Assembly: GCA_021654395.1 (NCBI GenBank)
Contig: AP024486.1
Span: 420,001 to 452,000, forward strand
From: Candidatus Saccharimonadota bacterium
Lineage (GTDB): Archaea; Micrarchaeota; Micrarchaeia; Micrarchaeales; Micrarchaeaceae
Length of the DNA stretch: 32,000 bases
Reading direction: 5' to 3'
Of this stretch, positions 16,556 through 25,051 are shown piece after piece; the stretch's first letter is position 1, and every line of letters starts with the position of its first letter. Below the pieces are notes generated by a model. It made no database searches, was not told the DNA's origin, and saw nothing but the letters and a program-made list of their open reading frames with translations. Made by a program: the position numbers and the translations under genes.

Positions 16556-17059
16556 ATGAGATTTAAATTTCATATAAAGAGCATATTTAAGAGTAAGCAG
16601 TATATACTTATATTTATCACAGCCTTAATTGCGTACTTTGCTCTATACTATTATATAATACTCTATTCTAATGAAGGCGTATTTATATCAAATCCTGGCA
16701 TATTATATACATTTATCTTGGTTGATATATCCTCTGCCTTTCTTTTAACACTGAGCATATATGGAATAAGATATACGAAGAGAGCAGCAGGCTCTGCAGC
16801 ATACACAAATATAGCAGTAATAGCAGGATCTTTAATAGGTTCATGCTCTTGTAATGTCCCGATACTAGCAACAATATTCTACTTCTTTGGTTTATCTGCG
16901 GTTTCTTTATCAGAAGCAGTCTCATTTATAGCAAAATACAATCTATATATATTTATAAGTATTTTGATAATTAATCTAATTACTATACTTATAACGTTAA
17001 ATTCGATAGATAAGAGATGTAGTATAAGATCTAGTAAGCTAAGGTCAAAGTCAAATTAG
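16556..17059 (+). CDS. Four-TM membrane protein with an intramembrane CSC motif
   Basis: Four hydrophobic segments are visible. The third contains GSLIGSCSCNVPILATIF, a vicinal Cys-x-Cys followed by Pro, reminiscent of motifs in ArsP/COG0701-type permeases. The start is 9 nt after the DUF929 stop. Confidence 0.5.
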   Translation: MRFKFHIKSIFKSKQYILIFITALIAYFALYYYIILYSNEGVFISNPGILYTFILVDISSAFLLTLSIYGIRYTKRAAGSAAYTNIAVIAGSLIGSCSCNVPILATIFYFFGLSAVSLSEAVSFIAKYNLYIFISILIINLITILITLNSIDKRCSIRSSKLRSKSN

Positions 17060-17066
17060 ATAAAGA

Positions 17067-18551
17067 GTGCTTTCAATGAATGTTAATAGCTTTTTAGATA
17101 AGCTAGAGGAGTATATACCAATAGTAAAGAAGCCCTCTAAGCCTTTATCATTAAGAGAGAAGGTTAAGTGGACATTAATAGTCCTGGTTATATACTATAT
17201 ACTATATAATACTTACGCGATTGGTGTAAGTCCAACATCTATATCTCAGCCAATCCTTCAGCTTATTAGCATAGTCTTTGCTGCTAGAATAGGTAGTATA
17301 ATAACAGTAGGAATATCTCCAATAGTGTTAGCAAGTATACTGCTACAGCTTTTAGTAGGATCTGGAGTAATTAAGGTGGATTATAATAACATAGATGAGA
17401 AAGCAAGATTTCAGACTGCGCAGAAGGCATTATCTATAATCATAGCTGCTATAGAGTCATTTATATATGCTTATAGCGGATATGTACCACTAGCTAATCC
17501 CTCATTTGCAGGGATAGTCGCATTGCAGCTCTTTATAGGAGCAATACTTATAATATACCTAGATGAGCTATTAAGCACTTATGGAATAACATCTGGTATA
17601 AACATATTTATTGCAGCTGGAGTATCATTCTCAATAGTAGCAAGTACATTTGGAATACTGCTTCAAGAGGCCATAGCCTCGGCAACTTCTGGTGGTGTTG
17701 CAGCATTACCAGGTATCGTTGAGGCATTCTTACCACTAATATTCGCAATAGTTATACTTCTATTTGGAATATATCTATTCCAGATGCAGGTTGAGCTTCC
17801 TTTATCATTCAGTCAGTTCAGGGGTATAAGTGGTAGACTTCCTATACCATTCTTATATGTCAATGTTATACCTGTTATACTAGCAGAGTCATTAGAGCTA
17901 AGTCTTACATTCTGGTTTAGATTCCTAATTAATGTTCATGGACCTCTCCTTTACTTAGCTAGATTTATAGCTTACTATCAGCTAATACCTTCTACAACGG
18001 GAGCGGTAACTCCGCAGTTAGTCGGTGGCCTTATATACTTAATAAGTCCGCAGTTTCCATTGCCATACTCTGCTAACTTTGGAGGTATAGGCAGCTATTC
18101 AGCATATGTTACATTTCTACTGACAGAGTCATCTCCTCTATATCTTCCAAATGGCTCGATAGTTCAAGTGCCGGAATGGATACACGTTATAGTATACACA
18201 GTTGTACTGATGCTTCTATGTGTTGTATTTGGAAAGTTATGGATAGAGCTTAGCGGACAAGGACCAAAGGAGCTATCAAAGCAGATAATAGATCTTGGAT
18301 GGGCCATACCAGGATTCAGAAGAGATCCAAGGATGGTAGAGAGCATATTAAATAGATATATTCCTCAGTTAGTAGTAGTAAGCAGTATGGTTGTTGGTCT
18401 ACTAGCAGCATTAGCAACAATCTCTGGCGCAATAGGTGGCGGAATAGGAGTGCTACTAACAGGAGGAATTATATATATGTTATATATGCAGCTTAAGCAG
18501 GAGCAGCTATTAGAGACATATCCTATATTAGAGAAGATAGCTAATACTTAA
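17067..18551 (+). CDS. secY: Preprotein translocase subunit SecY
   Basis: This is a ten-TM-type protein with an archaeal SecY N-terminus (PSKPLSLREKVKWTLIVLVIYYIL) and typical length. The ORF-track start is GTG, and the ATG at 17076 (MNVNSF) is more likely. Confidence 0.9.
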   Translation: MLSMNVNSFLDKLEEYIPIVKKPSKPLSLREKVKWTLIVLVIYYILYNTYAIGVSPTSISQPILQLISIVFAARIGSIITVGISPIVLASILLQLLVGSGVIKVDYNNIDEKARFQTAQKALSIIIAAIESFIYAYSGYVPLANPSFAGIVALQLFIGAILIIYLDELLSTYGITSGINIFIAAGVSFSIVASTFGILLQEAIASATSGGVAALPGIVEAFLPLIFAIVILLFGIYLFQMQVELPLSFSQFRGISGRLPIPFLYVNVIPVILAESLELSLTFWFRFLINVHGPLLYLARFIAYYQLIPSTTGAVTPQLVGGLIYLISPQFPLPYSANFGGIGSYSAYVTFLLTESSPLYLPNGSIVQVPEWIHVIVYTVVLMLLCVVFGKLWIELSGQGPKELSKQIIDLGWAIPGFRRDPRMVESILNRYIPQLVVVSSMVVGLLAALATISGAIGGGIGVLLTGGIIYMLYMQLKQEQLLETYPILEKIANT

Positions 18552-18553
18552 AG

Positions 18554-18784
18554 GTGATATATATGATAGTTGAAGAGGGTAGAGTAGCTATAAAGCTAAA
18601 AGGTAGAGATGCTGGAAAGAAGGTTGTTATAACAAAGGTATTAGATAAGAACTTTGTTATGGTATTAAGCGAAGCAAGGAAGAAAGAGAGAAGAGTAAAT
18701 ATAAATCATCTAGAGCTTCTAAATGAGAAGGTAGATATAAATAAGAAGGAGGAGCTGGATAAGGTACTAAACAGAAAAGCATAA
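18554..18784 (+). CDS. rpl14e: Ribosomal protein L14e
   Basis: A KOW-like N-terminus, GRVAIKLKGRDAGKKVVITKVLDKNFV, and small size fit L14e. The likely start is the ATG at 18563 (MIVEEG). Confidence 0.8.
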   Translation: MIYMIVEEGRVAIKLKGRDAGKKVVITKVLDKNFVMVLSEARKKERRVNINHLELLNEKVDINKKEELDKVLNRKA

Positions 18785-18789
18785 TCAGA

Positions 18790-19332
18790 TTAAGCCTTTT
18801 TTATCTTCTTTTCAAAGATATATCTTAATATATCTGCAATCTCCTCGACATCTAGCCTCTCTGTGTTTATCGATATATCGAACAGATCCGGATTATAAGC
18901 AACATCTATATTATAAAACTCTTTAAAGAACTTAATGCTCTTCTCATCCTTCTCTTTAGTATAGCTTAATGCCTCTTCAAAATTCATTCCTTTTGCATTT
19001 GCTATTCTTCTTGCTCTTTCTTCTAAGCCAGCATATAGAAATACTCTTAAAGTTGCATCATCTATTATCCATGAAGCAAGCCATGTGCTTATAACACAGT
19101 TGCCTTGATTCGATAGCTCATATATCTCATTATCAAATGCTCTTGCATAATCATTATTTGCGAGCTCTGCAGTATAATCTTTATACTTGAGATCATCTTT
19201 TAATCTCTTATAAGTAGATGTTTGGAACTTATCTATATGCCTGAAATTAAGAGAAGTAGCAAGAGCTCTACCTACGCTGCTCTTACCACTACCTGTCAAG
19301 CCGCTTATGCATATCTTAAATACATTATTCAT
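18790..19332 (-). CDS. cmk: Archaeal-type cytidylate kinase
   Basis: The P-loop is ISGLTGSGKSSVG. The block VFLYAGLEERARRIANAKGMNFEEA ... KFFKEFYNID ... FDISINTERL follows the archaeal CMK pattern. The gene lies directly downstream of L34e, as in many archaea. Confidence 0.7.
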   Translation of the reverse strand: MNNVFKICISGLTGSGKSSVGRALATSLNFRHIDKFQTSTYKRLKDDLKYKDYTAELANNDYARAFDNEIYELSNQGNCVISTWLASWIIDDATLRVFLYAGLEERARRIANAKGMNFEEALSYTKEKDEKSIKFFKEFYNIDVAYNPDLFDISINTERLDVEEIADILRYIFEKKIKKA

Positions 19333-19337
19333 AAGTA

Positions 19338-19661
19338 CTAATGCGGAAATAGTTGTAATACATAGCCTCTATACTTTATCGGTATATCGTCTATCTTCAT
19401 CTCTTTCTGCTCAACTCTACTTGTATACTTTAGAACCTCTGATACACATTCATGACAGAGCACTCCTCCAAAGATCCTTTCTGGCCTCATTCTTGTCTTA
19501 CCTCCAGAGGTCTTATAGCCAACACCATTAAGCTCCTTTCCGCATACTCCGCAATGCGGTAGCTTATTATGTCTTCTAACAAAATGTATAAGATGTCTTC
19601 CTTTTGGGCTTACAACATCTCTTCTAGCTAAGCTGTTAGATCTCTGAAAAGGCTTCACCAT
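19338..19661 (-). CDS. rpl34e: Ribosomal protein L34e
   Basis: The basic N-terminus (RSNSLARRDVVSPKGRHLIHFVRR), the zinc-knuckle-like CGVCGKELNG ... CHEC and a length of about 107 aa fit L34e. Confidence 0.85.
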   Translation of the reverse strand: MVKPFQRSNSLARRDVVSPKGRHLIHFVRRHNKLPHCGVCGKELNGVGYKTSGGKTRMRPERIFGGVLCHECVSEVLKYTSRVEQKEMKIDDIPIKYRGYVLQLFPH

Positions 19662-19759
19662 AAAAAAGTCACTTATATTATAAGATTTAACTGAATAAGC
19701 TTTATATATCTTTTTAAAGGTCTGATAGTATTAAATAGATTGATTTTATTAATATAGAT

Positions 19760-20692
19760 ATGGTGAATAGTTTGATATATGATGTAATAATTATAGGATC
19801 TGGTCCTGCAGGATATACAGCAGCATTATATACATCTAGAGAGGGCTTCTCAACATTAATAATAGCAGGTATGCAGCCCGGAGGCCAGCTAGAGTTAACA
19901 ACGAAAGTAGAGAACTATCCTGGCTTTCCTGATGGTATAGATGGACCGGTGCTTATGGATAATATGAAGAATCAAGCATTAAGATTCGGAGCACAGCTAG
20001 TTAACGAGATAGTTACAGATATAGATGTAAGCTCAAAGCCTTTTAAGGTTAAGACCGAGCTCAATACTTATGAAGCAAAGGCAGTTATAATAGCCACTGG
20101 AGCTTCAGCAAAGCAGCTTGGCTTAGAGTCAGAGAAGAGGCTAACAGGGAGAGGAGTGAGTAACTGCGCTACATGCGATGGCCCGTTATACAGAAACAAG
20201 AATGTTATAGTAGTTGGTGGTGGAGACACAGCCATGGAGGATGCTTTATTCCTTACAAGATTTGCTAACTCTGTTACAATAGTTCATAGAAGAGATCAGT
20301 TCAGAGCTAGCAAGATTATGCAAGATAGAGTGCTATCAAATCCAAAGATAAAGGTTATATGGAATAGTGTTGTAGAGGATATAAAAGGAAGCAATAGAGT
20401 AGAGAGCGTTGTATTAAGAAACTTAGTAACAAATGAGACACAAGAGATTAAGATAGATGGGGTATTTATAGCGATAGGGCATCAGCCAAATACAGACTTT
20501 TTAAAAGGAAAGATAAAGCTTGATGAACAAGGCTATATAATAACAAAGGATGAAGTAAAGACAGATATCGATGGACTATTTGCAGCAGGAGATGTTGTAG
20601 ATCGAGTCTATAAGCAGGCAGTAACTGCAGCAGGTAGTGGTGCAAAGGCAGCGTTAGAGGTTAGAAGCTATCTGCAGAATAGATATAAATGA
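19760..20692 (+). CDS. trxB: Thioredoxin-disulfide reductase
   Basis: The FAD motif IIGSGPAGYTAA, the redox-active CATCDG, the NAD(P)H motif VVGGGDTAMEDA and the C-terminal FAAGDV are all present. Confidence 0.93.
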   Translation: MVNSLIYDVIIIGSGPAGYTAALYTSREGFSTLIIAGMQPGGQLELTTKVENYPGFPDGIDGPVLMDNMKNQALRFGAQLVNEIVTDIDVSSKPFKVKTELNTYEAKAVIIATGASAKQLGLESEKRLTGRGVSNCATCDGPLYRNKNVIVVGGGDTAMEDALFLTRFANSVTIVHRRDQFRASKIMQDRVLSNPKIKVIWNSVVEDIKGSNRVESVVLRNLVTNETQEIKIDGVFIAIGHQPNTDFLKGKIKLDEQGYIITKDEVKTDIDGLFAAGDVVDRVYKQAVTAAGSGAKAALEVRSYLQNRYK

Positions 20693-21177
20693 TGGATCTC
20701 TTTAAATATATGAGTTTATTAGATAGCTACGAAGTCTCTTTATTAGAGAATTTAGATCAGAAAACAGCAAAGGAGCTTATAAGTCAGAATATAGAGCTGA
20801 TACGCGAAGATTCTGTAATAGATAGAGATCATATAAGAATTGCTCTACTTTACTCATATCTATCTACGGAATCAAAGATAAATAAAGGCAGAGGCATACT
20901 AAAGGAGATGCTTACTTTTATTGCTTTAGATAATCAGATAAGTAAGGCTATAGAGAAGATAGGCTATAAAGATGGAAGTGCTGTAGCGGTCTATCTAAAA
21001 GATAAGTTTGAGATATTTAATAAGTATGGTGTAGTAGCAAGGGCTTTTTATAGAGATCCTAAAGAGGCGTTAGAGATAGCTAGAAGGATCTTTGGTGATA
21101 ATTTAGATAAGGACAATATAAATGCAGCTATTATGTACAGTATGTCAAGGCTTATTGTTGATAGATTTAAGAGATAG
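20689..21177 (+). CDS. cgi121: KEOPS complex subunit Cgi121-like
   Basis: The block EMLTFIALDNQISKAIEKIGYKDGSAVAVYL parallels the conserved Cgi121 core as I recall it from the M. jannaschii protein (EILVRASGQRQIHEAIKIIGAKDG). The size is about 160 aa. The start overlaps the trxB stop by 4 nt. Confidence 0.65.
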   Translation: MMDLFKYMSLLDSYEVSLLENLDQKTAKELISQNIELIREDSVIDRDHIRIALLYSYLSTESKINKGRGILKEMLTFIALDNQISKAIEKIGYKDGSAVAVYLKDKFEIFNKYGVVARAFYRDPKEALEIARRIFGDNLDKDNINAAIMYSMSRLIVDRFKR

Positions 21178-21876
21178 CCTATCTTTTAATACATCTACAA
21201 TATCTCTGCTAGCCTCTATCTCTGGAAGTATCGTCTTGCTTACACCAGATAGCTTAATAACTTCTATACTCTTTATATCATTAACTATAGATACTATCTT
21301 AGCAGAGGGATCAGTCGCCTTTATTATAGTGGCTGCAAGTACATTATCATAGTCATTATCTGCACAGAGTATAAATGTACTGCCTCTAGAGTTCAATGCA
21401 CTTATAAACTCCTTATTTATATTAGATACCGTTATATAATTTATATCAAATCTCTCTACATGCCTCTCATCTTCTGGCTTAAAGATAAACAGTATATCGT
21501 CTCTTTCAGATAGTAGTCTTATAAGCTCAAGCGTTATCTTACTATAGAATACTATATAAGCCTTTATACTACGTTTACTCTTTATGCTCTTGCTTCCAGA
21601 CCTTATGCTAAAAAGATAGCTTGATATAAGATATGTTGATAATGCAGTTATAAGCGCGAAGACGATAGCAGAGATTATATTTGATACTGCCTCTAGAGCT
21701 AGATACTTGCTGTTTATCTGAATTACACCATAATCTTGAAAGATTGCAAATATAATCCACAATAGGGTTATGTAAAGATTGTCTGACTGAATATAAACTA
21801 TTACAAATAGAGCTACTAAAAGCGCAATAGTTGTATAAAGTATTACTCTTATACCAAACTCAATATCAATGGCCAT
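21145..21876 (-). CDS. Membrane protein with a channel-like N-terminal module and a degenerate RCK/TrkA-like C-terminal domain
   Basis: The N-terminal hydrophobic helices flank LLWIIFAIFQDYGVIQ, which is pore-loop-like. The C-terminal alpha/beta domain lacks GxGxxG (AYIVFYSKIT). The gene overlaps its upstream neighbour by 11 nt. Confidence 0.5.
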   Translation of the reverse strand: MAIDIEFGIRVILYTTIALLVALFVIVYIQSDNLYITLLWIIFAIFQDYGVIQINSKYLALEAVSNIISAIVFALITALSTYLISSYLFSIRSGSKSIKSKRSIKAYIVFYSKITLELIRLLSERDDILFIFKPEDERHVERFDINYITVSNINKEFISALNSRGSTFILCADNDYDNVLAATIIKATDPSAKIVSIVNDIKSIEVIKLSGVSKTILPEIEASRDIVDVLKDRLSLKSINNKP

Positions 21877-22642
21877 ACTTAATCCTATTTATCAGTATAT
21901 TACACATCTCCAATGCAGCGAGCTCCTCTGCTATCACGACCAGATCTGCTCCTGCTCTATGAAGCTTACTTCTAGAGAACTCTTCTGCAGCAACAGCTGC
22001 TATCTTTATCTTGCTATTAAGCTTTCTTGCAACAGTAATGCCTAGCAATGTCTTATATGCATCTTCTGATGAGAATATTATGGTCTTTGCAGTTTTTATT
22101 CCTGCTCTTATGAGATCTCTCTCATACTTAAAGTCTCCTATTATACTCTTATAGCCAAGTATATGAGCAGTTCTTGCCTTTGCTTTATCTATATCCATTA
22201 TAACAAAGTCCTTGTCTAGCTTCTCAAGTGCAAAGGCTAAAGACTCACCAACCTTTCCATAACCGCATATTATAACATGATCCTTAAGGTTAGCATAGCT
22301 ATTAAGCTTAAGTATATCCTCTGTTTTTATGCTTATTATCACATCTAGCAGTATAGATATACCTACAGATATAGCTATAAGCTTTGCTAGACCATCTATT
22401 ACACTTATTATTACAAAAAGTCCAAATCCCTTATCATTAAGATTTAGGAAGCTGTAGCTTTGTACATAAGGATATCCATTCGCTGAGAAGATCTCATAGA
22501 TAGTCTCTAATAGAGAGAAGCTTGTTGATCTAGAAAGCTCATATAGAGCAAAGTAGCTAATCAATGCTATAACTAATGCGATGCCTAAAAGCGAAGCTAC
22601 AAGCCTTACTCTCTTTATATCTCTCTTATTTATATAGCTCAC
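21866..22642 (-). CDS. 2-TM/P-loop cation channel fused to an RCK (TrkA-N) domain, MthK-like, with a non-canonical filter
   Basis: The layout is TM1 (LVASLLGIALVIALISYFAL), pore-helix-like SLLETIYEIFS, filter position ANGYPY instead of TVGYGD, TM2, then HVIICGYGKVGESLA (GxGxxG Rossmann). Confidence 0.65.
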   Translation of the reverse strand: MSYINKRDIKRVRLVASLLGIALVIALISYFALYELSRSTSFSLLETIYEIFSANGYPYVQSYSFLNLNDKGFGLFVIISVIDGLAKLIAISVGISILLDVIISIKTEDILKLNSYANLKDHVIICGYGKVGESLAFALEKLDKDFVIMDIDKAKARTAHILGYKSIIGDFKYERDLIRAGIKTAKTIIFSSEDAYKTLLGITVARKLNSKIKIAAVAAEEFSRSKLHRAGADLVVIAEELAALEMCNILINRIKYGH

Positions 22643-23046
22643 TTTAGCTTAAGCTCTTTAAGGATCTCATCAGCAGCACTAAGCTCTGGTGTTACTATAT
22701 AGTTAGCACCTGCTTCAATAAACTTCTCCTTTGTAAAGCTGTCTGTAGCTTTTGATAGGATATATATATCCTTGCTTATACTCCTTGCTGTTATAATTAT
22801 AAAGAGATTCTTTGCATTATCTCCAGTAACTATAACTATGGCTGACGCCTTATCTATCTCTGCCTTCTTCAGTACTGTTGATTTAGTCGCATCATCTATT
22901 ATATAGCTCAAGCCTTTATCTTTCATTACTGGCTCTTTATTAGGATCATTCTCTATTACTATATGCTTTATATTATAGCTTAGAAGCATATCAGATATAT
23001 AGCTGCCCATCTTTCCATAACCGCATATTATAACATGGTTCTCCAT
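22639..23046 (-). CDS. Stand-alone RCK / TrkA-N NAD-binding domain protein
   Basis: It has HVIICGYGKMGSYISDMLL (GxGxxG) and is 135 aa long. Its stop overlaps the start of the channel gene by 4 nt. Confidence 0.75.
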   Translation of the reverse strand: MENHVIICGYGKMGSYISDMLLSYNIKHIVIENDPNKEPVMKDKGLSYIIDDATKSTVLKKAEIDKASAIVIVTGDNAKNLFIIITARSISKDIYILSKATDSFTKEKFIEAGANYIVTPELSAADEILKELKLK

Positions 23047-23068
23047 ATCAATCTTTTAAAGATGTAAA

Positions 23069-23141
23069 TAGCCCCAGCCAGATTCGAACTGGCGTTTCCA
23101 GGTCCAGAGCCTGGCGTCCTTAGCCACTAGACGATGGGGCT
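23069..23141 (-). tRNA. tRNA-Gln (anticodon CUG)
   Basis: I folded the reverse complement by hand. The acceptor stem AGCCCCA/TGGGGCT carries the A1:U72 pair typical of archaeal tRNA-Gln. The D arm is GTCT-AGTGGCTAA-GGAC. The anticodon arm is CCAGG-CTCTGGA-CCTGG, and the T arm is GCCAG-TTCGAAT-CTGGC. The discriminator is A. There is no encoded CCA and no intron. Confidence 0.9.
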
Positions 23142-23203
23142 ATACAAGGATTATTTAATAATATTAAGCTTATTTAATCTGTTTATAGTATTAAGGTTTT
23201 TCT

Positions 23204-23896
23204 ATGTATAATTATAGAGAGAATATTACAACAAATGATGAGATAAAGAATATACTAGTAGCAGATATAGTGCTTACTATAGCATTCTATATAGCTATAG
23301 AAGGAGGTATAATTAACATATCTGGAGTAATTAGACATATATACTTCTTACCAATAGTATTTGTAGCAGTCTCTCTAACATTTATACTACATGAGCTTAT
23401 GCATAAGTTTGTAGCTCAGCACTACGGTGCATTTGCAGCTTTCCTCTACTCTAATAATGGCTTAATTATAAGTCTTGTCTCTGGACTCATAGGCTTCCTT
23501 ATGGGAGTTCCTGGAGCAACATATATCTTCTCTAGACTATCTAGAAAAGAGGAAGGAGTTGTATCTATAGCTGGTCCTCTAACTAACTTTGCAATATTCA
23601 TTATAACATTTATAATAGCAAGCATAATGCCTAGCGGCTCTATAATAGGAGAGGCAGCATCATTTATAGCAGTTATAAGCCTAATAATCGCATTCTTTAA
23701 TATGCTTCCTATATATCCATTAGATGGCAGTAAAGTACTTAGATGGAACTCTTTAGTCTATCTAGCAACAATGGCTGTGCTATTTATATCTATGTCTCTA
23801 GTGTTAGGATATGTTGCAACTATACAGTATCTGATATTCGCATCTATTATAGCATTAATCTTCTCATTTGGGAGTAGATCTATATTTACTGTATGA
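23204..23896 (+). CDS. Site-2 protease family (peptidase M50) intramembrane metalloprotease
   Basis: The HELMHKFVAQ (HExxH) motif lies in a TM helix, and the second signature is FNMLPIYPLDGSKV (NxxPxxxLDG). The protein is polytopic. Confidence 0.85.
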   Translation: MYNYRENITTNDEIKNILVADIVLTIAFYIAIEGGIINISGVIRHIYFLPIVFVAVSLTFILHELMHKFVAQHYGAFAAFLYSNNGLIISLVSGLIGFLMGVPGATYIFSRLSRKEEGVVSIAGPLTNFAIFIITFIIASIMPSGSIIGEAASFIAVISLIIAFFNMLPIYPLDGSKVLRWNSLVYLATMAVLFISMSLVLGYVATIQYLIFASIIALIFSFGSRSIFTV

Positions 23897-23905
23897 GCTT
23901 TAAGC

Positions 23906-25051
23906 CTAACAAGATAGCTCAGCATAGCCCTTTAGTATATAATAAGCGGCTACATATGCTGGAAGCTCTATAGTGATATCTTTATATGGGCCATAGTAAG
24001 TATCATTCATATATATCTGAGGTGCGTCCTTTATTACAACCTTAACATCTTCATCCTTTCTTACAATCGCATCTTTCATAGGATCAAAACGATCTATATC
24101 AGAGTAGCTAAACTCCTTTGCTATCATGCAAGACTTTCCATTTATAGTATTTGGGACTCTTATAAGATGATATATATCCTTTGTTACATTCTTATCTATG
24201 CTCTTACTATTCCTTGATGAGGCATATCTTACTATCTTCGGTATTAGCTGATCTCTATAGCTCCAGAGCAGTGACCAATCTCCTTCACTAATCTCTTGTA
24301 CTATATTCTCTCTATTTCTCATTATATAATCTATTATACTATCATCTATCTCAAGCTGTCTTAATGCAGCATCTCCTCTCTCTGCTAGATTTACAAAGAC
24401 TCTTGCTATTCTGCCTCTCCAGCCGTTATCCTCTGTTCCCGGCCCTGCCTTCTTATAGCTACTGCTTTCATATCCGCTAAATAGTATATCTATATCAAAG
24501 CTCTCTGGATCTGGATCTATATAATCGCTAATCTCCTCTCTTGCATGCTGGTTTAGCTTCATAAGATCATTATCTATTACATGTACATGATAGCCTCTGT
24601 TGCCGCTATAGTTTACTCTTATATTACTCTTTGATACTCCAAAGTCTTTAGTGAGAAAGTCCTCTACAAGCTTTATTGTTTCTTCCTTGACTCTATCATT
24701 ACATATCTCACAAACAACATTTGATGGATGCTTTCCCTTACATGGAGAGTCTACATCATCAGCATCTATATCAAATACAAGCTCTGCCTCTTTAAGAAGC
24801 TTGCTCTCCATTGGCCTTGCATCAGGATAGCTGTATAGAGCAGAGGAGTATGAGATAAAGATAGGTGCATTCTCTCTTAGGAAGTTGTTGAATGTTAGAT
24901 TATCTGTAAAGGCGATATGCCTTCTCTTTATAGGAGCATCAAAGTCTCCTACTCCAAACTCTCTCTCATTTATTCTACTAACCTCTATTACATTCTTCTT
25001 ATAGTATTCAGCTATAAGATCCTTTATAAATTGCTTAGATCTATCGTTCAT
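23906..25051 (-). CDS. priS: DNA primase small (catalytic) subunit PriS
   Basis: The catalytic acidic block is ELVFDIDADD. SGNRGYHVHV and the zinc knuckle CKGKHPSNVVCEICNDR are also present. Confidence 0.88.
   Translation of the reverse strand: MNDRSKQFIKDLIAEYYKKNVIEVSRINEREFGVGDFDAPIKRRHIAFTDNLTFNNFLRENAPIFISYSSALYSYPDARPMESKLLKEAELVFDIDADDVDSPCKGKHPSNVVCEICNDRVKEETIKLVEDFLTKDFGVSKSNIRVNYSGNRGYHVHVIDNDLMKLNQHAREEISDYIDPDPESFDIDILFSGYESSSYKKAGPGTEDNGWRGRIARVFVNLAERGDAALRQLEIDDSIIDYIMRNRENIVQEISEGDWSLLWSYRDQLIPKIVRYASSRNSKSIDKNVTKDIYHLIRVPNTINGKSCMIAKEFSYSDIDRFDPMKDAIVRKDEDVKVVIKDAPQIYMNDTYYGPYKDITIELPAYVAAYYILKGYAELSC

Noticed and set aside
23047-23203. tRNA-Gln as a possible integration site for a mobile element or genomic island.
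   Set aside because: No integrase, no duplicated tRNA 3' segment that I could see, and no compositional shift were found. Both flanks carry ordinary chromosomal genes, namely the RCK channel operon and the M50 protease.
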